Sequence record: SRR31156797_5448
Direction: 5' to 3' (one strand)
Length of the DNA: 32,455 bases
Of this stretch, positions 18,744 through 27,852 are shown piece by piece. The translations under genes and the position numbers were made by a program. How positions within the stretch are numbered: the stretch's first letter is position 1; the number at the start of each line of letters is the position of its first letter. Under the pieces are notes generated by a model, which did not search any database, was not told the DNA's origin, and was given only the letters and a program-made list of their open reading frames with translations.

Positions 18744-19478
18744 ATGAAAACAGCAGGAATCATCCCGGCAAGGTACGGCTCAACAAGGTTTCCCGGAAAA
18801 CCGCTTGCCATGATCAACGGCAAGAGCATGATTCGCCGCGTTTATGAGCAGGCTTCAAAAGCCAAAAAGCTAAACGTGGTGGTGGTTGCTACCGACGACC
18901 AAAGAATTATGGACGAAGTGGAAAGTTTTGGTGGCATTGCCATGATGACCTCACCGGATCACCGCAGCGGCACCGATCGTTGTGCGGAAGTCCTTGAAAA
19001 GCTGGATGAAAAGTTTGATGTGGTGATCAATATCCAGGGTGATGAGCCATTTACCGATCCCGAAAAAATAGATTTGCTTGTTGGCATGTTTGAGAGTCCC
19101 ACGGTAGATATCGCAACACTTTCAACAAAAATTCAAGAGCAGGCCGAACTTGAAAATCCCAATGTGGTGAAACTGGTTAAAGGCAATGATGGGAAAGCGC
19201 TTTATTTTAGTCGGTCGGTGATCCCATTCTTGCGAAACCCCGAAAGTGATTCTCCCATCAAATCCCACAATTTTCACAAACACATCGGCATTTATGCTTA
19301 TCGGTCAGATGTGCTTCGCATAATTGTAAAGCTTGAACCGGGAGTTTTGGAAAAGGCTGAATCACTTGAGCAGTTACGGTGGATGGAAAATGGTTTTCAT
19401 ATTTATGTAAGTGAAACAGAATCAGAAGGTTTTGCCGTAGATACGCCCGATGATTTATCAAAAATTATCAACATTTGA
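18744..19478 (+). CDS. kdsB: 3-deoxy-manno-octulosonate cytidylyltransferase (CMP-KDO synthetase)
   Basis: IIPARYGSTRFPGKPL, SGTDR, NIQGDEP, LYFSRS.IP, HIGIYAY and ESLEQLRW. Confidence 0.97.
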   Translation: MKTAGIIPARYGSTRFPGKPLAMINGKSMIRRVYEQASKAKKLNVVVVATDDQRIMDEVESFGGIAMMTSPDHRSGTDRCAEVLEKLDEKFDVVINIQGDEPFTDPEKIDLLVGMFESPTVDIATLSTKIQEQAELENPNVVKLVKGNDGKALYFSRSVIPFLRNPESDSPIKSHNFHKHIGIYAYRSDVLRIIVKLEPGVLEKAESLEQLRWMENGFHIYVSETESEGFAVDTPDDLSKIINI

Positions 19479-19532
19479 TCGATCAATATCATCTTTTACT
19501 ACCTTAGCAGGTCGTTCAAAAACCCTTGTATT

Positions 19533-20624
19533 ATGGACATTGTCAAGCATATCAGCGACTTACTTTTTGATCATGAGTGTGTGATCGTACCCGGACTTGG
19601 TGGTTTCGTGAGCAACTACCAGCCTGCATCCATTCATCCGGTGCAGCATCAGTTTAGTCCTCCCTCAAAAAACCTGATGTTTAATGAAGCTCTCCAAAAC
19701 AATGACGGACTGCTTGCCAATCATATAGCCACTGATCAAAAAATGGACTATGAAGATGCATTAGAGGGCATCAGGGAGTTTGTAAAAGAAACAAAGAAAT
19801 CGCTTTCCAATGGCGAAAAAATCACCTTTGATAACATTGGTACCATATCTCTTGACCATGATGGCACGCTGCAGTTTGATCAGCATAACAAGGTGAATTA
19901 CCTCAAGGATGTGTATGGGATGTCAACGTTTGTTTCACCCGCCATACGCAGAGAGTCCGTTTCAACACCCAAAGTTGTTAAACCGGCGTTTTCTGATGCA
20001 ACCAGCCGCAACCGCAGTGTACAAAATTCAGGATTGTTAATCAAGATAGCGGCAACCGTGATAGTTGTGGCAGCATTGGGTGTGTTTGGATTCAGCTATT
20101 TCAATAGTGCTACACCGGATGTTCAGGAATCGAATGTTTTAACTTCACTCAACGATTTTGTGAATCATAACTCCGAAGTAATTTCCCCGGATCAGTTTGA
20201 AAGCGGTAACCAGGACAAGCCTGAAATGGAAAATCACACGGCAGTTGTATTGAAAGAAACATCCACTCCGGTAATTGATGACCCGGCAGATAAACCAACA
20301 ACCAAGAATACCCAAGAACTATTATCCGAGCCTGAAACGAAACTTGTTGAAAATGATGATCCGGTTGCAGAGCCTGTGGTTGTTTCGCCACCCGCACAAA
20401 AAATGTATCATCTGATTGCGGGATCATTCCTCGATGCAGAAAATACAGGATCGCTGATTCAAGATTACTCCAGCCTTGGATATCAGCCCTCAATCATTGG
20501 CCCGTCGGATAATGGCTATTACAGGGTGAGCATCACGGCTTACTTGCGCAAGGATGAAGCCCTGGTTGAACTCAGAAGAGTCAGGGAAAAATACAATCCC
20601 GATATCTGGTTGCTGCGTCAGTAG
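19533..20624 (+). CDS. HU-CCDC81-like domain + TM + SPOR domain protein
   Basis: N-terminal ISDLLFDHECVIVPGLGGF (Bacteroidota HU-like domain), central TM helix, low-complexity linker and C-terminal SPOR (YHLIAGSF...YRVSI...WLL). Confidence 0.85.
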   Translation: MDIVKHISDLLFDHECVIVPGLGGFVSNYQPASIHPVQHQFSPPSKNLMFNEALQNNDGLLANHIATDQKMDYEDALEGIREFVKETKKSLSNGEKITFDNIGTISLDHDGTLQFDQHNKVNYLKDVYGMSTFVSPAIRRESVSTPKVVKPAFSDATSRNRSVQNSGLLIKIAATVIVVAALGVFGFSYFNSATPDVQESNVLTSLNDFVNHNSEVISPDQFESGNQDKPEMENHTAVVLKETSTPVIDDPADKPTTKNTQELLSEPETKLVENDDPVAEPVVVSPPAQKMYHLIAGSFLDAENTGSLIQDYSSLGYQPSIIGPSDNGYYRVSITAYLRKDEALVELRRVREKYNPDIWLLRQ

Positions 20625-20649
20625 CCATAACTTCCAAAAGTTTATTGCT

Positions 20650-21315
20650 GTGCCCAAAAGAAAACTTGAACGGTTTGCCGAAATTAAAACCTTTCCTCAT
20701 TTTTTCCAGCCACACTATTACCAGCTTGTTGAGGGATTTCCCTTAAAAGGCAAATGGCGAACAGATTTTTTTAATAACAACAATCCGATTGTGCTGGAAC
20801 TGGGTTGTGGTAAAGGCGAATTTACCGTTGGCCTGGCTGACCGTTTTCCTGAAAAGAACTACATAGGCATGGACGTAAAAGGCGCAAGGATGTGGCGGGG
20901 AGCTAAAACATCCCTTGAAAAGGAGATGAAGAATGTGGCCTTTGTGAGAGCAAAAATTCAAAACATAAATTACGTTTTTGAAACAGAAGAAGTGGACGAG
21001 TTCTGGATCACCTTTCCCGATCCGCAACCATCAAAAACCAGGATGAAAAAACGCCTCACCTCACCATCATTCCTCGACAGATACCGCAATATTGCAGATC
21101 AGGGCGCTATTGTTCATCTCAAAACCGACAACACCATGTTTTTCGAATACACACTTGAGGTGATTCAGGAGCAGGGACTCGAGCTCTTGTTTCATACTTT
21201 TGATGTGGATCAAAACCCGGGGAATGAGTTGGTGCTATCCATCCGTACTTTTTACGAGGAGATGTTCAGGGCAGAGGGCGTTCCGATAAAATATCTGAAA
21301 TTCCGGTTATTCTGA
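20650..21315 (+). CDS. trmB: tRNA (guanine-N7)-methyltransferase
   Basis: LELGCGKGE, ITFPDP, KKRLT, HLKTDN and T.YE motifs. Start placed at GTG 20650 (MPKRKLERF). Confidence 0.95.
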   Translation: MPKRKLERFAEIKTFPHFFQPHYYQLVEGFPLKGKWRTDFFNNNNPIVLELGCGKGEFTVGLADRFPEKNYIGMDVKGARMWRGAKTSLEKEMKNVAFVRAKIQNINYVFETEEVDEFWITFPDPQPSKTRMKKRLTSPSFLDRYRNIADQGAIVHLKTDNTMFFEYTLEVIQEQGLELLFHTFDVDQNPGNELVLSIRTFYEEMFRAEGVPIKYLKFRLF

Positions 21316-21394
21316 TCACCATGAAATCATTCTAAATTCCCTGAAATTCAATGTTTGAATTGTTGGTTTTGGAAGGCCGATGACAAAAAAATTG

Positions 21395-21402
21395 TACTTT
21401 TG
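21395..21402 (+). promoter_or_regulatory. Bacteroidota -7 promoter element
   Basis: TACTTTTG, with TTTTG about 24 nt upstream, before the DHOD-like gene. Confidence 0.5.
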
Positions 21403-21462
21403 AAATCCGTTGAAAAGAGCTTGAAGAAAACAAAATGTATAACCAAATAATCTAAAAAGTAT

Positions 21463-22458
21463 ATGGCTGACCTTACAACAAAATTCCTGGGTTTAACCCT
21501 TCGCAATCCCCTCATCGTTGGGAGTTCCGGATTAACTGACTCTGTTGAAAAAGTGAAGGCTGCCGAGCAGGCAGGTGCCGGTGCAGTGGTTTTGAAATCC
21601 CTTTTCGAAGAAGAGATCATCGCTGAGATGGAAGAAGCGATGCACCGCATGACCTCAAGGCAATTTATTTATCCCGAAACTTTTGATTACATGGATGATG
21701 AGCCCGAAGAAGACAGCGTACGGAAATTTCTCAGGCTGATCAGTGAATCGAAAGATGCCGTGCATATTCCTGTGATTGCAAGTGTGAATTGTGTTACTTC
21801 ACAGAAATGGACCTACTTTGCCAAGGAAATTCAGGATGCAGGTGCCGATGCTTTGGAGCTAAACCTTTTCATCCTTCCAACAGATTTTGAACGTACAGCA
21901 GCTGAAAATGAAAAGCTCTATTTTGATATTGTTGAAGAGGTTAAAAAAGTGGTGAATATTCCGATTTTACTTAAGGTGAGCTACTATGCTTCTAACCTGG
22001 GTCAAATGTTGCAAAAGCTATCAAAATCAGGCATCGCAGGTTTAACCCTCTTCAACCGTTTTTACAGTCCTGATTTCAACCTCGAAACATATCAGGTTAT
22101 ATCAACCAATGTTTTAAGCCAGCCTTCAGACCTGTCAATTTCACTTCGGTGGATAGCAGTAATGGCCGATCGCGTTGATTGTGATCTGGCAGCTTCAACC
22201 GGTGTTCACGATGGCGAAGCCATGATTAAGCAAATACTTGCGGGTGCCAATGCCGTTCAGGTGGTTTCAACTTTGTACAGGCATGGTGTTGAACATATCG
22301 GGCCGATGCTGGATGAGATGAATCGCTGGATGGATCATGAAGGGTATGAAAAGCTGGATGATTTCAGGGGTAAGCTGAGCCAGTCGAAGAGCAACAACCC
22401 GGCGGCATATGAGCGTGTGCAGTTCCTGAAGAATTTCCGCCATTTTATTCATGAATAA
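21463..22458 (+). CDS. Dihydroorotate dehydrogenase-like FMN protein
   Basis: LGLTLRNPL, GAVVLKSLFEE, GADALELN, LFNRF, ASTGVH and YERVQF motifs. Confidence 0.88.
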   Translation: MADLTTKFLGLTLRNPLIVGSSGLTDSVEKVKAAEQAGAGAVVLKSLFEEEIIAEMEEAMHRMTSRQFIYPETFDYMDDEPEEDSVRKFLRLISESKDAVHIPVIASVNCVTSQKWTYFAKEIQDAGADALELNLFILPTDFERTAAENEKLYFDIVEEVKKVVNIPILLKVSYYASNLGQMLQKLSKSGIAGLTLFNRFYSPDFNLETYQVISTNVLSQPSDLSISLRWIAVMADRVDCDLAASTGVHDGEAMIKQILAGANAVQVVSTLYRHGVEHIGPMLDEMNRWMDHEGYEKLDDFRGKLSQSKSNNPAAYERVQFLKNFRHFIHE

Positions 22459-22617
22459 TCAGTTGAAGCGTATGACACGCTTTGCATGACATACTGCATA
22501 TTTGTCGGGGCAAAATGTCAGTTTTGTTGAAAATAATTAGTGATACTAATGAGATTTAAAATTGGCATAATTTTCGACTTGTCCGACAAAATTCTAACAG
22601 CATAAATCTTTAAAGTA

Positions 22618-23571
22618 ATGAGTGAAAATATCGAAAAAGTAAAATGCCTGATTATTGGCTCCGGGCCAGCTGGATACACTGCAGCTATTTATGCAGCGCG
22701 TGCTGAGCTCCATCCGGTTATGTATCAGGGCATGCAACCCGGTGGTCAGCTAACCATCACTACCGAGGTGGAAAACTTCCCGGGATATCCTGATGGCGCC
22801 CAGGGCCCTGCCATGATGGAAGACATGAAAAGGCAGGCCGAACGTTTCCATACGGATGTACGATGGGGGGAAATTGTGGAACTCGATACCACCCAAAGGC
22901 CATTTAAAGCCAAAGCCGATGATGGCAAAGAAATTCATGCTGACACCATTATTATTTCAACGGGGGCCTCTGCAAAATGGCTTGGACTGCCATCGGAGCA
23001 GGAGTACAATGGGTTTGGCGTTTCGGCATGTGCCACATGCGATGGATATTTTTACAAAGGAAAAGTGGTTGCCGTAGTGGGTGGTGGTGATACTGCCGCT
23101 GAAGAAGCTACCTACCTGGCCAAATTGGTTAAAAAGGTTTACCTGATTCACCGTCGTGATGAATTGCGCGCATCGAAAGCCATGCAAAAGCGTGTGATGA
23201 AAACCGAAAACATCGAGATGGTTTGGGATAGTGTACCCAGGGAAATCATTGGTAAACAGGAAGGCTTTTCAAAAGCAGTTACAGGTGTGATTGTTGAAAA
23301 CGTGAAGACGGGCGAGAGCCGTACGATCGATATTGATGGATTTTTTGTAGCCATTGGACACAAGCCAAATTCCGATTTGTTTAAGGATAAACTTGAAATG
23401 GATGAATCAGGCTACCTGCTCACAAAACCTGATTCAACGGCCACAAATGTTCCCGGTGTATTTGCCGCCGGCGATATTCAGGATAAGATTTACCGTCAGG
23501 CGGTTACAGCAGCCGGAACAGGCTGTATGGCAGCACTTGAAGCTGAGCGTTTCCTCGCCGATCAGGAATAA
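22618..23571 (+). CDS. trxB: Thioredoxin-disulfide reductase
   Basis: GSGPAG, GGQL.IT..VEN.PG, CATCDG, GGGDTA.EEA, HRR and AAGD...YRQAVTAAGTGC. Confidence 0.97.
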   Translation: MSENIEKVKCLIIGSGPAGYTAAIYAARAELHPVMYQGMQPGGQLTITTEVENFPGYPDGAQGPAMMEDMKRQAERFHTDVRWGEIVELDTTQRPFKAKADDGKEIHADTIIISTGASAKWLGLPSEQEYNGFGVSACATCDGYFYKGKVVAVVGGGDTAAEEATYLAKLVKKVYLIHRRDELRASKAMQKRVMKTENIEMVWDSVPREIIGKQEGFSKAVTGVIVENVKTGESRTIDIDGFFVAIGHKPNSDLFKDKLEMDESGYLLTKPDSTATNVPGVFAAGDIQDKIYRQAVTAAGTGCMAALEAERFLADQE

Positions 23572-23593
23572 TCGTTTATTATTTCCATAAGTA

Positions 23594-23630
23594 GAAAAGC
23601 CAATCTTCGAATACGGAGATTGGCTTTTTC
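23594..23630. terminator. Bidirectional rho-independent terminator (trxB/ruvB)
   Basis: GAAAAGCCAATCTTCG-AATA-CGGAGATTGGCTTTTTC. Confidence 0.88.
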
Positions 23631-23683
23631 ATTTTGTTGTTCGTTCGAAATAGGTTTAGCGATAACAGAAAATGATGATAGGG

Positions 23684-23715
23684 TTACCCAATATTCCAGC
23701 ACTCCATTATTCCAT
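23684..23715. repeat. Degenerate 8-bp tandem repeat (x4)
   Basis: TTACCCAA TATTCCAG CACTCCAT TATTCCAT. Confidence 0.5.
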
Positions 23716-23783
23716 GAATAGGGGTGTATGATTAAAAAATATGATGAGGATATAAAACGGGCTCGTAGGTTGGAACCGGGTTT

Positions 23784-24812
23784 TTAGAACAGCTCTCCCT
23801 GCTGTGGGTTTTTGGTTTTGCCTAAAAGCTGATAGGATAAAGCAGTGGCTTCGCGGCCACGCGGTGTTCGCATGATATATCCCTCCATAATCAGGAAGGG
23901 TTCATAAACCTCCTCGATGGTACCGGGATCTTCGCCGACAGCAGTTGCTATGGTTGTGAGCCCAACAGGCCCGCCACCGAATTTATCGATGATAACGGTG
24001 AGGATTTTATTGTCCATCTCATCCAGCCCATTTTGGTCAACATAGAGTGCTGCAAGTGCAATTTTGGAGATTTTCATATTGATTTTGCCATCTCCTTTTA
24101 TTTGTGCAAAATCGCGCACCCGCCTGAGCAAGAGGTTGGCAATACGTGGCGTACCCCGGCTACGGCGTGCTATTTCCGCTGCAGCATCGCTGCTGATTTC
24201 AACATTGAGAATGCCGGCTGAGCGGATGATGATTTTCTTGAGTGTTTCGGCGTCGTAATATGAAAGGCGTGAGTTGATGCCAAACCTTGAACGTAAGGGT
24301 GCAGTGAGCAGTCCTGAACGGGTAGTGGCTCCGATCAGCGTGAAAGGATTTAACGTGATTTGCACACTACGTGCGTTAGGCCCGGTTTCGATCATGATGT
24401 CGATTTTGAAATCCTCCATGGCGGAATAGAGGTATTCTTCAACCACCGGGCTGAGGCGGTGTATCTCATCGATGAAAAGTACATCGTTGGGTTCCAGGTT
24501 GGTCAGCAGTCCGGCCAGGTCGCCGGGCTTATCCATCACAGGGCCGGAAGTCACCTTAATACCCACACCCAATTCGTTGGCGATGATGTGTGAAAGCGTG
24601 GTTTTTCCCAGTCCGGGCGGGCCATGCAGCAAGGTGTGGTCCAGTGCCTCTTCACGCATTTTAGCGGCTTGCACAAAAATCTTCAGGTTTTCGACCACTT
24701 GTCCCTGGCCCGAAAAAAACTGAAACTGCGACGGCCTGAGTACCTTTTCTATCTCCACTTCACCCTGGCTGAGGTTTTCGCCGGTGGCATCCAGATTTTC
24801 GTTTATTGACAT
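23784..24812 (-). CDS. ruvB: Holliday junction branch migration helicase RuvB
   Basis: [35 protein letters not shown] and RTPRGR. Start placed at ATG 24812, downstream of a minus-strand TACTTTTG element at 24831-24838. Confidence 0.97.
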   Translation of the reverse strand: MSINENLDATGENLSQGEVEIEKVLRPSQFQFFSGQGQVVENLKIFVQAAKMREEALDHTLLHGPPGLGKTTLSHIIANELGVGIKVTSGPVMDKPGDLAGLLTNLEPNDVLFIDEIHRLSPVVEEYLYSAMEDFKIDIMIETGPNARSVQITLNPFTLIGATTRSGLLTAPLRSRFGINSRLSYYDAETLKKIIIRSAGILNVEISSDAAAEIARRSRGTPRIANLLLRRVRDFAQIKGDGKINMKISKIALAALYVDQNGLDEMDNKILTVIIDKFGGGPVGLTTIATAVGEDPGTIEEVYEPFLIMEGYIMRTPRGREATALSYQLLGKTKNPQQGELF

Positions 24813-24923
24813 CGTGAGAATTGTTTGCAACAAAAGTACATGTATTTTTTTCAACCATCAGCTCGCGTTTTTATGAATCTAAAGCAGGGCACAAAGCTTT
24901 GAAATATTGAAACAGTGATTGCC

Positions 24924-25067
24924 GGGCAGGGATTGAAGCGGCACCACACCGAAACAAAGGCTGATGTTGTTTGTGCATGGCAGGGGCTGAATTTGATTGA
25001 AGACACCTGCCAGGCCAAAAAAAACACAGCCTTAGTGAGGTGAGTAGAGCGGAAAGCCCGGCTGCCC
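24924..25067 (+). ncRNA. Flavo-1-like structured RNA/repeat element with a long inserted stem
   Basis: Flanks GGGATTGAAGCGGCAC (24929-24944) and GTAGAGCGGAAAGCCC (25044-25059) resemble the recalled Flavo-1 consensus. Nested helices: GGGCAG/CTGCCC, CACC/GGTG, AAGGCTG/CAGCCTT and TGGCAGG/CCTGCCA. Confidence 0.7.
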
Positions 25068-25240
25068 GCCCATAAATACGATAAAAGTGTACCGGCCAGG
25101 CGCCGTATTTGGAATCGGTAAAATTTAGGTTTATAAGACTCAGATGGATGATTTTCAGGAAGGAAAAGTCAAAAAATGTATAATTTAGCAAACTTATTCA
25201 AGGATCAGGTCAAGCAGGTTAATCAGAGAAACACATTATT

Positions 25241-26104
25241 ATGAAAAAAATAGTTGTAGCACTTGATTTTTCTTCCGGATCGATACATGCTTTGAAGTAT
25301 GCCATCAATATTGCCAATGTTACCAAATCGGATATTTTGATGATATGGGTGGATAAGACGGCATCACCGGAATCGATTTATGCAACGTCGGTAGAAAGTT
25401 ATCGCGGGGAAGTGATTAAAAGGTTCAGGGATTTGATTGACGAATACCAGCCTTCATTATCCGGCGGAAAACTGGAATATAAACTGCGGAAAGGTAAGAT
25501 TTATGCCGAGATTGTAAACACTGCAAAGTCGAAAAAGGCGGATATTATTATTTCCGGTTCGCATGGTGTATCTGGGTTTGAGGAGTACTGGATTGGCAGT
25601 AACGCAAATCGCATGGTGGGCCATGCCTATTGCCCGGTGATTACTGTTAGAAATGGATTTGATATTAAAGAGGGCGGTATTAAGCGAATTGTTGTTCCGA
25701 TTGATCAGTCGAACCATACGCTGATTAAAGTTCCATTTACCGCTAAACTTGCCAAACTTTTTGGGGCCGAAGTACATATTGTGGTCATTTTTTCGACCAA
25801 TCTGAAGACCATGCAAAAACGTGTTGAAAACTTCGCGAGCAAGGCCAAAAAATACTTCGATAAGGAAGGCGTTAATTATAACGAGAAACAAATCCAGACG
25901 CAAAACTCCACAACATCGACAATAGATTATGCCAAGAAAGTTGGAGCCGATATGATCTCGATCATGACGGAACAGGATGATCGCCGGGACAGTGGTTTGT
26001 TAGGGCCCTGTGCCCAGCAAATGGTGAACCATTCGCCGGTACCGGTCTTGAGCGCTCATGTGGATGATTTCCGGAAAGTAATGCGAATGTTCGACGAAAT
26101 TTAA
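25241..26104 (+). CDS. Universal stress protein (tandem Usp domains)
   Basis: KKIVVALDFS, DIIISGSHG.SG..E.WIGSNA..MV..A.CPVITV; second domain RIVVPID...VNHSPVPVL. Confidence 0.93.
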   Translation: MKKIVVALDFSSGSIHALKYAINIANVTKSDILMIWVDKTASPESIYATSVESYRGEVIKRFRDLIDEYQPSLSGGKLEYKLRKGKIYAEIVNTAKSKKADIIISGSHGVSGFEEYWIGSNANRMVGHAYCPVITVRNGFDIKEGGIKRIVVPIDQSNHTLIKVPFTAKLAKLFGAEVHIVVIFSTNLKTMQKRVENFASKAKKYFDKEGVNYNEKQIQTQNSTTSTIDYAKKVGADMISIMTEQDDRRDSGLLGPCAQQMVNHSPVPVLSAHVDDFRKVMRMFDEI

Positions 26105-26110
26105 GCTTTG

Positions 26111-26563
26111 ATGAAATTGACCAAACCCGTATTGATTGCCCTTTTAACCTTCATTTCTTCCGCCTTGTTTGCACAGCAGTTTGTGACCTCAGAGAAATCC
26201 AACGACACAACCACAATTGAAACAAAAGGGAATGTTAAGGTTGTTCAGGACAGCCGCATCGACAGCCTTGTGAAGATGCATATTGCCTACAATAAAACAC
26301 AGGATGGTATTATGGGTTACCGCGTTCAGATTTTTTTTGATGCCGGAAACAATTCACTGGAACGTGCTGAGGCTGTTGCAACCGAATACCAAACCCTGTT
26401 CCCAACCGACACAGCCTATATTTCTTTTACCGAGCCCTATTATAAAGTCCGCGTTGGCGATTTCAGGTCCCGCCTTGAAGCTGAAGGTTTTATGCAAAAA
26501 ATTCTGCCGGATTACCCCAATGCTTTTGTGATTAAAGACCGGATACGTTTCCCGGAGCTTTAA
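26111..26563 (+). CDS. Secreted SPOR domain protein
   Basis: Signal peptide; GYRVQIF...PYYKVRVGDF.SRLEA...YPNAFVI. Confidence 0.88.
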   Translation: MKLTKPVLIALLTFISSALFAQQFVTSEKSNDTTTIETKGNVKVVQDSRIDSLVKMHIAYNKTQDGIMGYRVQIFFDAGNNSLERAEAVATEYQTLFPTDTAYISFTEPYYKVRVGDFRSRLEAEGFMQKILPDYPNAFVIKDRIRFPEL

Positions 26564-27407
26564 TTTCGATTGCTGTATCCTGCCAACCGTTTTTACTAAA
26601 CACTTTTATGTTGCTGAAACCGATTTCAACCAGCATGTTCCTGGCTTCATCAAAATAGCCGTTGAGTTCATGAGGTTTGTGAGCATCACTGTTCAGCGTG
26701 ATTGGGATGTTTAGTTGCAGCAGTTTTTTCAGGATATCTTTTCCAGGGAATAATTCATCCGAACGCCCTTTGTAAATACCGCGTGTGTTTACCTCCACAA
26801 TTGATCCGGATTTGGCGATCAGCTCCAGGGTTTTGTCCACCTCATCTACATACCAGCTTTCATCCTGTGTAAAATATCGGTTCTGGTTGTGCATCTTGAT
26901 TTTATCCAGGTGGGCGATGATATCCGGTTTCTGGTTTTGGATCATATCGCGCATTTGTTGCCAGTAGGCAGATACTGCACCACGGATATCATCATTGAAA
27001 AGGTTTTTGAGGCCCTCATCGTAAATTTCCTTTTTCGGTCCATCGATGAACCAAAGGCCATGCTTGAGTGGGCTTTTTACAAGATGAATTCCACCTATGG
27101 TATAATCCAGCCCGGCAAACTCAGAGAAATATGTGAAGTCCTTTGTGATGCCGGGAATATGGTCGATTTCAAGAGCGAGGAAAATATTGATTTGTTCTTT
27201 GTGTTTTTCCTTGAGTTGACGAATTTCACCGGCATACTCCTGGAGTGACTGCTCATTTTTAATGGCAAATTTATTATCGAAAGGCACCGGCGCATGGCTG
27301 GAAAAGCCCAGTGTGTCAAAATCTTTTTCGATGGCTGATTTGATGTATTCTTCAGGTGCTGAAGAGCCGTCGCAATAGTGAGAGTGGTTATGGAGGTTGA
27401 AAAGCAT
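26532..27407 (-). CDS. PHP-family phosphatase (histidinol-phosphatase HisK/HisJ-like)
   Basis: NLHNHSHYCDG, GFSSH, LE.D, GGIH, AHLD, EVNT and NSDAH metal-binding motifs. Confidence 0.88.
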   Translation of the reverse strand: MLFNLHNHSHYCDGSSAPEEYIKSAIEKDFDTLGFSSHAPVPFDNKFAIKNEQSLQEYAGEIRQLKEKHKEQINIFLALEIDHIPGITKDFTYFSEFAGLDYTIGGIHLVKSPLKHGLWFIDGPKKEIYDEGLKNLFNDDIRGAVSAYWQQMRDMIQNQKPDIIAHLDKIKMHNQNRYFTQDESWYVDEVDKTLELIAKSGSIVEVNTRGIYKGRSDELFPGKDILKKLLQLNIPITLNSDAHKPHELNGYFDEARNMLVEIGFSNIKVFSKNGWQDTAIEIKAPGNVSGL

Positions 27408-27412
27408 GGGAG

Positions 27413-27452
27413 TGCTGTTATTGGGTTATTCAGTTATTTGGTTATTGAGTTA
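27413..27452. repeat. 8-bp tandem repeat TTnnGTTA (x5); further copies at 27648-27671
   Basis: TGCTGTTA TTGGGTTA TTCAGTTA TTTGGTTA TTGAGTTA; second cluster GTAAGTTG ATGAGTTA TTTGGTTC. Confidence 0.75.
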
Positions 27453-27823
27453 TATCTTAAGTTATCCCACAAAATCATAGAAGCATTAATTTCTTTTACT
27501 AACAATGAGCATTTTTGATACATGACTTTCTCGTTTCAATGTTCTGACGATTGAAAGTTTCATCTGACTTTCGATCGTCCACAGGACATCGAAACGTCAA
27601 AAAAAACAAAATTATTTATCAGTAATTTACGTAGCAATTAGTCAGAAGTAAGTTGATGAGTTATTTGGTTCTTTCCAAATGAATTGAAGCTGTAAATGGT
27701 TTAATTGATCCTAGAGCAAAAAAACCAGATGTTTTCAGGTTGCAATGATACGATAAGGGATTTTAATGGAACAGTTAAGGCCTTACTTTTTGGCCTTTCA
27801 AAATTTTTCATGGTGATATTCAC

Positions 27824-27831
27824 TACATTTG
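27824..27831 (+). promoter_or_regulatory. Bacteroidota -7 promoter element
   Basis: TACATTTG overlaps the ORF-track TTG start, which favours the true start at 27850 or 27853. Confidence 0.55.
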
Positions 27832-27852
27832 TCGCTATCCAAATTTTATGTG

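Noticed and set aside
21321-21340. AATCATTCTAAAT as a metal- or peroxide-regulator box
   Set aside because: Only a half-site of a palindromic motif; cannot be supported.
21348-21650. 100 aa minus-strand ORF
   Set aside because: Mostly antisense to the DHOD-like gene and spans its promoter.
24871-25191. 106 aa minus-strand ORF
   Set aside because: No recognisable protein features; it overlies the Flavo-1-like hairpin and the divergent promoter region.
27413-27452. CRISPR array
   Set aside because: 8-bp tandem units with no spacers, and no cas genes. No CRISPR array, tRNA or rRNA was seen anywhere in the window.
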